Source: a virus
Lineage: Duplodnaviria > Caudoviricetes
DNA length: 64,000 bases
IMG/VR virus record: IMGVR_UViG_3300025120_010521
Direction: 5' to 3' (one strand)
Of the stretch, positions 57,349 to 64,000 are shown in pieces; within the stretch, counting starts at the first letter, position 1, and every line of letters starts with the position of its first letter. The notes under the pieces were generated by a model. It had not been told where the DNA came from. It saw only the letters and a program-made list of their open reading frames with translations, and searched no databases. A program made the translations under genes and the position numbers.

Positions 57349-58802
57349 TCTATGTTTACTTTCTCAATTGTAAAAGGATAATTTGCTTCTTTATAAAATT
57401 TTTTTCTAGTTGTTAAATGACGTTTAGAAAATTTACAAGCAGATGTTATATCCCATATTTCTACATGGTCTTTGTCTTCTGCTCTTCTAATACCTCTTCC
57501 AATTGACTGTATTACTCTTACAAAAGATTTACCCGGTTCTATTAATACCAAATTAAATATTCTTGGTAAATTAATTCCTACTGCCGCAACACCATATGTA
57601 GCAATAATAACTTTATGTTGTTCTGTAGCAATTTCATCATATTCTTCTTCTCTATCTTCTAGTTTAGTTCTACCTTGAATGAAAACTGAATCAACAACTA
57701 TGTCTTCAAGTGCTTGTCCTGTTTTTATTCTATCAACTAAAATAAGTGTGTTTCCTTCTGCTCTCATTGTATCAACTAAATCAGCAATAAATTGTAACCG
57801 TGTTTGATTAGTTACCAAATACGTTTGTTCACCTGCATAAGTTGAAAATGCATTTGTTTCTTGTGTTTGGATTACATTTACATGACAATTCGCTAACACC
57901 CCTTTGCTTTGTAGTTCACTTGCTGATAATGTATTAATAACTTCACCAAGACTTGCTTGTAGTGATGCCATTTCATAATCTTCTTTTGGTATTGTTCCTG
58001 TAAGACCCCAACGTAAAGGTACTGTTGCAAATGGACCTGTTAAAAGTGTTTTAAGAACATCTGCTTTAGCTTGATGTACTTCGTCTACCATAACACATAC
58101 TACGCCTTCTAAAAAGTCACCTATGTTTACTTCTGCTTCAAATTTTTTAGTCTTCTTAAGCATGTTATTTAAACTTTGCCAAGTACAAACTGTGTGTTGT
58201 TTATCAAATTCTTTTCTTTCACCGTAGTATACTCCAACATCTAAACCAAGTGTTTTATAATCTAATTCTGTTTGTGTAACTAACGACTTGTTAGGAACAA
58301 TAACAATTGATCTTCCATATGGTTCAATTAACTGTGACAGTGTTGCTGTAATAATTGTTTTACCAGCACCTGTGGCAATTTCTTGTAAACATTGTGGATT
58401 TTCTAAAAATTTGTTTATAGTTTCTACTTGATAATCTCTTAATACAATTGGTTGCCCAGCCAATGGATGCTTTGGTCCCCAAGTCTTTTTAAAATGTAAA
58501 CTTTCATCAATTTTTTCAAATTTAAATTCATGTACATTTCTATTATCTTCTATATCGATTTCATAATCTTGATCTTCAATAACTGGAAGTATTCTATCTA
58601 ATAAGTTTAAATATGTTCTGCCACCTATATCACAAAAACGTATATTTCCATCCCATCTACCTAATTTATAAGCAGGTAAATGATATGCATATGGTAAAAA
58701 GAATTTAAGTTTATCAGAAATTTTACGTCTTGTAATAACATCAAGACCTTCAAACTTCACATTGACTTCATCTTTTATAACTAACTTCGCGACTTTAGAC
58801 AT
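57345..58802 (-). CDS. uvsW: superfamily 2 DNA helicase (UvsW-like)
   Basis: LRDYQ, ATGAGKT, DEVH, GLTGT, QSIGRGIR. Confidence 0.9.
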   Translation of the reverse strand: MSKVAKLVIKDEVNVKFEGLDVITRRKISDKLKFFLPYAYHLPAYKLGRWDGNIRFCDIGGRTYLNLLDRILPVIEDQDYEIDIEDNRNVHEFKFEKIDESLHFKKTWGPKHPLAGQPIVLRDYQVETINKFLENPQCLQEIATGAGKTIITATLSQLIEPYGRSIVIVPNKSLVTQTELDYKTLGLDVGVYYGERKEFDKQHTVCTWQSLNNMLKKTKKFEAEVNIGDFLEGVVCVMVDEVHQAKADVLKTLLTGPFATVPLRWGLTGTIPKEDYEMASLQASLGEVINTLSASELQSKGVLANCHVNVIQTQETNAFSTYAGEQTYLVTNQTRLQFIADLVDTMRAEGNTLILVDRIKTGQALEDIVVDSVFIQGRTKLEDREEEYDEIATEQHKVIIATYGVAAVGINLPRIFNLVLIEPGKSFVRVIQSIGRGIRRAEDKDHVEIWDITSACKFSKRHLTTRKKFYKEANYPFTIEKVNIE

Positions 58803-58844
58803 AACTTTATAATAACTTATTTTAAGAAAAAATGCAAGTGTTTA

Positions 58845-59486
58845 CTAATTAAAATTAGATACAATTTGGCCTCTTATATCAACTGGTAAGTCTTTATAGT
58901 ATCCTTCTTTGTGTATCTTTAGAATAATTTGTTTTAATCTATTAGTATATTCTTTACCAAGCTCACTCCATGCTACTAAAAAATTTGACAATGTTGTTGC
59001 ATTTGTGTATCCATACATTTTAATTTCCCAACTTCTTGCATTTCTAAATTCTTCATATGCAGGATGATTATTTAAAATTTGTATATAATCTTGTATACAA
59101 GAACAAAGTGATTTGTATTTACGAACTCCCCAGTTTGCATTTGGTCTGCCTTTTGCTTTCATATGTGGTATATTGTCTAAGTCCCAAGTTCTTATGCCAA
59201 AGAAATTATTTCCTTCTTTAGCAAATCTAGATTGGCCCCATGCACTTTCATATGCCGCCATAGCAACAATTAAATCAAATGGTACTTGTTTTTCTAAAGG
59301 ATATGATTGATAATTACTATATAATCCTTCAACACATCTAAAAATTTGTTTTACAAACTGTTCGTTAGTTTCAATTGTATTTTTTTCTATTTCAATAGTA
59401 ACATTATCATTAGCTAATGTTTGAGGGAAAAACACTATTGCTAAAGAAATTACCATTCCTATTATTCCTACTTTTAAAAGTTTCAT
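58845..59486 (-). CDS. glucosaminidase-domain peptidoglycan hydrolase (Bax/FlgJ-like) with N-terminal signal/anchor
   Basis: AMAAYESAWGQSRFAKEGNNFFGIR, LNNHPAYEEFR. Confidence 0.85.
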   Translation of the reverse strand: MKLLKVGIIGMVISLAIVFFPQTLANDNVTIEIEKNTIETNEQFVKQIFRCVEGLYSNYQSYPLEKQVPFDLIVAMAAYESAWGQSRFAKEGNNFFGIRTWDLDNIPHMKAKGRPNANWGVRKYKSLCSCIQDYIQILNNHPAYEEFRNARSWEIKMYGYTNATTLSNFLVAWSELGKEYTNRLKQIILKIHKEGYYKDLPVDIRGQIVSNFN

Positions 59487-59493
59487 AATACTA

Positions 59494-59521
59494 ACTATAA
59501 CATATTTAGTTGGTTTGTCAA
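59494..59521 (-). promoter_or_regulatory. sigma70-type promoter TTGACA-N16-TATAGT
   Basis: Upstream of the glucosaminidase gene, in a divergent intergenic region. Confidence 0.55.
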
Positions 59522-59560
59522 TGGTTATTTAAATAAATATTTAGGTAGAAAGTAGCAATT

Positions 59561-60229
59561 ATGGTGGATTTTTCAGTTCTTAAGATAAAAAATTACAATG
59601 ATATTCCTGGAAAAATATCAGAAGAACAGTGTTTAGAAATAATTGAAATTGCAAAATCTATACCAAAAAATTCAACAGTGATCGAAATAGGATGTGCATG
59701 GGGAAAATCCTCATGGGCATGGATGCATGGCTTACCTAGTGGAACTAGATTCATTAGTATCGATCCTTTTAAAGATGACATTCCGGCAGTAAAACAAAAA
59801 GAATTAAAAAAACAACGTGACTTAAAAAAAGATAATCCTGTAATCCTTAGTATTTTAAAGTTTTGGGAAAGCACAACTGTGCATGATACTATTACCAAAG
59901 TACTTAAATATCACCCAAAAAGACAATTAATAGATCATCAAATATTTTGCGGAACGAGTGATGAATTTGATATATCAAACATTGACAGATTAGCATGTGT
60001 CTACATTGATGGCGATCATACATATGATTATGTAACAAGTGACTTAGAAAAATATGGAAGTATAAGCGAAATTATATGCGGTGATGATTACAAGCCATTA
60101 AATACTCCATTTTCTCACAAGCCTCTAGTTGGTGTTGTACACGCAGTTAATGATTATAGTAAAAAAACTAACAGAACTCTTTCAGTCAATTTAAAATCTA
60201 GTTTTTGGAAACTACTATTAGATAAATAA
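59561..60229 (+). CDS. class I SAM-dependent methyltransferase (Methyltransf_24-like)
   Basis: IEIGCAWGKS, ISIDPF, YIDGDHTY, ICGDDY. Confidence 0.85.
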   Translation: MVDFSVLKIKNYNDIPGKISEEQCLEIIEIAKSIPKNSTVIEIGCAWGKSSWAWMHGLPSGTRFISIDPFKDDIPAVKQKELKKQRDLKKDNPVILSILKFWESTTVHDTITKVLKYHPKRQLIDHQIFCGTSDEFDISNIDRLACVYIDGDHTYDYVTSDLEKYGSISEIICGDDYKPLNTPFSHKPLVGVVHAVNDYSKKTNRTLSVNLKSSFWKLLLDK

Positions 60230-60233
60230 TTGT

Positions 60234-60446
60234 ATGAAAATCAACGATCTCATAAGCGAATGGAAGGGCAAAGTGCCAACTTCTGTGTGTAGAAGTGATA
60301 AAAAACTTGGTGCTTCCGATGAGGCCAGTTGTAAATCACAGGGTTTACGTTCTAGAGATAGTGGTAAAAAACATGATGGTAAAACCCTAAGAGGCAAAAA
60401 AGTACGTGGCCAAAAGTATGGCGGACCTCTTAAAGATTATTCTTAA
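60234..60446 (+). CDS. small basic hypothetical protein, possibly head-internal
   Basis: MKINDLISE..., SCKSQGLRSR; ATAAATA motif upstream. Confidence 0.65.
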   Translation: MKINDLISEWKGKVPTSVCRSDKKLGASDEASCKSQGLRSRDSGKKHDGKTLRGKKVRGQKYGGPLKDYS

Positions 60447-60669
60447 ATTTATTTTTTAACTTATACAGTTCTTCGTTAAGCTCTTTTACCCTTTTATATA
60501 ATGAGTATTTTTCTTTAACTTCATCTGCTACAGATCTTTTTAAGTGTTGGATCTGATCATCTTTTGCAAGTAGAGATCTACGCATCTGTTCCATAGGATC
60601 ATTTTCATGATTCTTCCAACCGTATTGTTTTTTCTTATCTTGAGTTTTTGGTGTATAGTTCTGCGTCAT
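60430..60669 (-). CDS. hypothetical coiled-coil protein
   Basis: 79-aa ORF overlapping the uvsY stop codon. Confidence 0.6.
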   Translation of the reverse strand: MTQNYTPKTQDKKKQYGWKNHENDPMEQMRRSLLAKDDQIQHLKRSVADEVKEKYSLYKRVKELNEELYKLKNKFKNNL

Positions 60670-61111
60670 CTAATCCTGCTACCCTTAATTTTACAATATT
60701 GTTAATTTGGAATTGTTTTGCATCAATGGCTTTTAACAAACCAAGATATTTATTACGTACAAGAGCAAATTCATTTATAAGTTGGCTCATAGCAACAACC
60801 TCATCTTCACCATCAATATACTTTTCAGCATCTCTTGATGTTAAAGCTCTTTGGTATGCTTCTAAAAACTTTTTATAGTGCCTTGATCTAGTTCTACGTA
60901 ATTCTATGTTAAGATGTTCTAGTATGGCTTCAATTTCTTGTAACTGATTAAACCTATGTTCAACTACACCAGGTATATGCGAAGCATTACGTTCAATATT
61001 ACCTACTAATCCTGCTTCTACCCTAGCTTCATCAAGCTCTTTCATATAGTGATCAATACAATCTGGTAACTTACCTAGATCTTTTGAAACTAAACCATAC
61101 CAATTAATCAT
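60635..61111 (-). CDS. uvsY: recombination mediator (UvsY-like)
   Basis: FLEAYQRALTSRDAEKYIDGE...KAIDAKQFQINNIVKLRVAG; adjacent to uvsX. Confidence 0.75.
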   Translation of the reverse strand: MINWYGLVSKDLGKLPDCIDHYMKELDEARVEAGLVGNIERNASHIPGVVEHRFNQLQEIEAILEHLNIELRRTRSRHYKKFLEAYQRALTSRDAEKYIDGEDEVVAMSQLINEFALVRNKYLGLLKAIDAKQFQINNIVKLRVAGLDDAELYTKNSR

Positions 61112-61353
61112 TAATATTCCTCGCCTTCATCTTCACTGTATGGATCATCTTCTTCCATCTCACCGTAGACTTCATTGTATGCATCATGTAAATGACTTGA
61201 ATGTGAGAATACTTCTCGCCAATCTGATTCATCGGCGCCGTAATCATCAATTAAATTTACATAAGCAATTGCGGCATCTGATCTATCTTTTGCTGGAACA
61301 TAGTTTTTTAATTTATCCCATGCTTCAATTAATATTTGAATATCTTCAGTCAT
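61111..61353 (-). CDS. acidic hypothetical protein
   Basis: 80 aa with an acidic tail. Confidence 0.7.
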   Translation of the reverse strand: MTEDIQILIEAWDKLKNYVPAKDRSDAAIAYVNLIDDYGADESDWREVFSHSSHLHDAYNEVYGEMEEDDPYSEDEGEEY

Positions 61354-61357
61354 AATA

Positions 61358-62425
61358 TTATGCCTCCGCTTTAGCAGGTTCTTCTGCTTCTACCTCCGAC
61401 TTAACATTATCCCATTCTGCCATTATAAGATCAAGATGTTCACCTGTCCAATCTTTTCTATAATGTTTATGTTCTTTTCCAAATCGATCAACATATTTAA
61501 GTCTATTACCTTCTTTAACTAGCAATCCTTTGTTCTCACAAAGATCAACTAATCCACTATAAGGATCCATTCCTGCTTCATAAGGAATTTTAACCTGTAC
61601 AGATTCAAAAGGTTTATTAAATCTTGTTTTCATTACTTTAACTGCTGATCTAATACCTGTAACATTTGATATTTTGTTTCCGGATTCATCTTCTTTAAGT
61701 TTTAGTTTTTTCATAGCAACAACGACTGAACTTGCATATACAAATCCTTGTCCGCCACTAATTTTATCATCTGGATCAAACATGTCTTGTGATGCGTATG
61801 TATGATTTGTACAAACTAATCCTAAATTTAATTCAGCAAACATATTAACACAATTTCTTACAAGTGCTGTTAAGGCTTTTGGTTTTCTACCCATATCACC
61901 TTTCATATCACCTTTTTCAAATTGTGCAACATCTGTTGGAGTTAACAACATACCCAATGAATCAATTACAAACATAACTTTTGGTCTCTCACTTTGCTCT
62001 AAAGATCCATAGTCTGCTCTGTAATTTGATACAAACTCAGAAATAGTTTTTGCAACATCATCAATCATTGCAACGTTAATACGCATTAATTTTTCTGGGG
62101 ATGTATCTACTTCAAGTGCTTGTAACCAATTTTCATCTAATGCATTTTCTGAATCAAATACGATACAAAATATGCCTTGCTTTTGTGCATTTTTGATAAT
62201 ATTACCAGAAGCAATTAAACTCTTACCAGAACCTGATTCACCTGCTAACATTGTTACACGACCTAGTGGTATACCTCTATTAAAGTCGCCACTAATCAAA
62301 TAGTTTAAACAGTAGTTTCCCGTTGATATCCATGTGTCTGGATCAGAGTCAAAACCTGTAGAAATACCACCAATGCTTTTTGTTATTGACTTTCTAAATT
62401 TACTTACGTCAAATGGTCTTACCAT
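61358..62425 (-). CDS. uvsX: RecA-like recombinase (UvsX)
   Basis: AGESGSGKS, FDSENA, IDSLG, ISGGQGFVYASS, KTRF. Confidence 0.93.
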   Translation of the reverse strand: MVRPFDVSKFRKSITKSIGGISTGFDSDPDTWISTGNYCLNYLISGDFNRGIPLGRVTMLAGESGSGKSLIASGNIIKNAQKQGIFCIVFDSENALDENWLQALEVDTSPEKLMRINVAMIDDVAKTISEFVSNYRADYGSLEQSERPKVMFVIDSLGMLLTPTDVAQFEKGDMKGDMGRKPKALTALVRNCVNMFAELNLGLVCTNHTYASQDMFDPDDKISGGQGFVYASSVVVAMKKLKLKEDESGNKISNVTGIRSAVKVMKTRFNKPFESVQVKIPYEAGMDPYSGLVDLCENKGLLVKEGNRLKYVDRFGKEHKHYRKDWTGEHLDLIMAEWDNVKSEVEAEEPAKAEA

Positions 62426-62445
62426 AACTTCTCCTTACTATATTT

Positions 62446-62477
62446 GTAATAGTGCATGATTTCTCATGCACCACTAC
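62446..62477 (-). other. stable RNA hairpin with GAAA tetraloop between ssb and uvsX
   Basis: GTAGTG-GTGCATGA-GAAA-TCATGCAC-TATTAC; no downstream U-tract. Confidence 0.7.
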
Positions 62478-62488
62478 TATACTATATT

Positions 62489-63502
62489 TTACTTGTTTTG
62501 TCTAGCTCTAATCATAGCCAAAATATCATCTGCTGATGCTTTTGACTTATCATCTGTTGCTGTTGCTGTAGCAGTTGCCACTTCTGGCTGTGCCACAGGT
62601 GCTTCTACTTTTGCTTGTACAACAGGTGCTTCTACTTTTGCTTCTGCCTGTGGAGCAGGAGTTGGTGTAGCTGTTACTGTTGTTGTAGCAGTTGTAGATG
62701 CATTTGATTTAGATGACGCCATTCCAGGTGGTCTATAATGTTGACCAAATCTGCTTTCATCATATAATTCACCATCAACTGATGCTTTAAACATTTCTGC
62801 AATTATTTTTACATCTTCTGCAGAAGGTTTCTTAGGAAGATAATCACCTAAGTTGTGTAATCCGTGAGTATCAACTGCTGATCTTTCACTATCACTTACT
62901 GATCTTTCTTTGAAAGACCAAGTTGAAGTTGAATAATCTGCATACCCACCTTTTTGAGTTTTGGTTAATTTAAAGTCTCTACCTTTATCAATATCAGTTG
63001 GCAGATCTTCCATATCTGGATTCATCAATGCTGATCTAATAATGTTAAAAATTGACGGATTAATTACAAAACGTCTAATTGGATTCTCTGGTGTTGAATC
63101 TTCTTCAAGTGGAGAGTTAACAACAAAACCTTGGAAAATGTAAGAACGTTTTTTCCAATATTTTCTACCCATGTCTTCTAGACTTGGATCCTTAAACCAT
63201 GGACGAATTTCACTTAATACTGGACATGGTTCTCCCCACATCTCCATACAAGGAACTTGTACTGTCGTTGGTTTAGCTTCAGATGATCCTTTAATACCAG
63301 CAAATGGTAATCTGATCATTTGTCTTTCTACCCAAAAGAATGTATTGTTTGGATCTTTATCTGATAAAAATCTTAGTGTTGCTGTTGTGCCTTCAGGAAT
63401 ATTCCAGAACGGATAAATTGCGTTGTCGCCTCCTGAACTATTTGGTGAACGTTTTACTTCTTGTTCTTGAAGCTTTGCTCTTATTTCTGCTAAAGTTGCC
63501 AT
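62489..63502 (-). CDS. single-stranded DNA-binding protein (T4 gp32-like)
   Basis: LRFL.D, CPVL, GRDFKL, GYADYSTS, C-terminal ADDILAMIRAR. Confidence 0.9.
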   Translation of the reverse strand: MATLAEIRAKLQEQEVKRSPNSSGGDNAIYPFWNIPEGTTATLRFLSDKDPNNTFFWVERQMIRLPFAGIKGSSEAKPTTVQVPCMEMWGEPCPVLSEIRPWFKDPSLEDMGRKYWKKRSYIFQGFVVNSPLEEDSTPENPIRRFVINPSIFNIIRSALMNPDMEDLPTDIDKGRDFKLTKTQKGGYADYSTSTWSFKERSVSDSERSAVDTHGLHNLGDYLPKKPSAEDVKIIAEMFKASVDGELYDESRFGQHYRPPGMASSKSNASTTATTTVTATPTPAPQAEAKVEAPVVQAKVEAPVAQPEVATATATATDDKSKASADDILAMIRARQNK

Positions 63503-63518
63503 AATGTTTTCTCCTATA

Positions 63519-63558
63519 TTAGCCTATGTTAGCCTGTGTTAGTATATGTTAGCCTATA
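63519..63558 (-). repeat. four tandem imperfect 10-nt repeats in the ssb translation-initiation region
   Basis: Minus strand reads TATAGGCTAA CATATACTAA CACAGGCTAA CATAGGCTAA, then TATAGGAG (SD). Confidence 0.85.
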
Positions 63559-63590
63559 ATTAAATAATGTTTTAGTTAACATTATCTACT

Positions 63591-63619
63591 AGTATATTTA
63601 TGTTTTATGTATTTGTCAA
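63591..63619 (-). promoter_or_regulatory. sigma70-type promoter TTGACA-N17-TATACT for ssb
   Basis: Perfect -35 box, 17-nt spacer, 5/6 match at -10. Confidence 0.7.
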
Positions 63620-63646
63620 GTATTTTTTTGGAGAAATTTTAGAGAA

Positions 63647-63679
63647 AAAGAACCATAGTTCGAAAACCTTAGGTTCTTT
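63647..63679 (-). terminator. putative intrinsic terminator with TTCG loop
   Basis: AAAGAACC...GTT-TTCG-AAC...GGTTCTTT followed by TTCTC. Confidence 0.65.
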
Positions 63680-63693
63680 ATTGGGAGGGAACT

Positions 63694-64000
63694 TTAAAGA
63701 CCTGCTAGATCTTTAATTCTTTGGATATCTGAATCTTGTTCAGACTGTTCATTAACTTCGTAACCTGCATTTGATAATGCGTCAACAACAGCACTTTTTG
63801 GACTCATTGTGTGAATATTTACACCACCCTGCATCATTTCATTTGCATCGCATTGTGCTTTGATACCACCTTTTGCAAGATCATATTCCATATCTTTACA
63901 ATCTTTATCAGTAATACCTCTGTCCATATCGTAGTCGCCATCAACTTTAATTGTGTGCATGTGTGGTTCTGATTGTCCACCATATCCACTTGCTTCTGTT
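63694..64000 (-). CDS. hypothetical protein, 5' end truncated by the window edge
   Basis: The frame stays open upstream of ATG 63960 to the window end; it ends RIKDLAGL. Confidence 0.7.
   Translation of the reverse strand, partial: TEASGYGGQSEPHMHTIKVDGDYDMDRGITDKDCKDMEYDLAKGGIKAQCDANEMMQGGVNIHTMSPKSAVVDALSNAGYEVNEQSEQDSDIQRIKDLAGL

Noticed and set aside
62560-62710. Repeats in the ssb 3' region (AKVEAPV twice, Thr/Ala runs)
   Set aside because: Explained by a low-complexity protein linker.
1689-63416. Most short + strand ORFs in the track
   Set aside because: They are antisense shadows of well-supported minus-strand genes. Only 54121-54492, 59561-60229 and 60234-60446 occupy their own space.
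1-64000. Bacterial chromosome or prophage origin, suggested by clpXP, sufB, rplK, infC and nadE
   Set aside because: These genes lack their cellular operon partners (no rplA, sufC or rpmI) and are interleaved with gp32, UvsX/Y/W, gp41, gp61 and PAAR. No integrase was seen.
1-64000. Stop-codon reassignment as in some jumbo phages
   Set aside because: Conserved proteins are full length under the standard code, all three stops are used, and no suppressor tRNA was found.
1-64000. CRISPR array, IS elements, introns or inteins
   Set aside because: No repeat-spacer pattern or transposase was seen; NrdA, the helicases and UvsX have ordinary lengths.

Overview
An AT-rich (about 30% GC, estimated by eye), densely coding segment of a large tailed dsDNA phage (T4-like/jumbo type). 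Almost all genes lie on the minus strand and the standard genetic code fits. Phage identity rests on the T4-type replication and recombination set: gp32 SSB, UvsX, UvsY, UvsW, gp41-like helicase, gp61-like primase, class Ia NrdAB, ThyX, Hsp20 and a PAAR protein. Around these sits a very large block of host-like genes of alphaproteobacterial character; a marine SAR11-like host is my inference. That block contains five radical SAM enzymes with an amidinotransferase, a methyltransferase and glycosyltransferases; an Fe-S assembly kit (SufB, short SufD, SufT, NfuA, GrxD, FdxA); Clp proteolysis (two ClpP, ClpX, ClpS); translation genes (uL11, bS21, IF3, cold-shock protein, Smr domain, four tRNAs); an SbmA transporter; a MotA/ExbB-like membrane triad; NadE, QueD, SpeD and MtnN. 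The most notable sequence-level observations are: (1) two genes whose UAG stop codon is nucleotides 8-10 of the downstream tRNA; (2) an A9 run that joins two reading frames by a -1 shift; (3) a 10-nt tandem repeat in the ssb leader; (4) a structured promoter/leader upstream of queD; (5) a cassette of micro-ORFs missed by the ORF track; (6) a 193-aa miniature DnaE-like protein; (7) a block of proteins with N-terminal I/L-x-E motifs. All functional calls come from motif recognition; no database searches were run.
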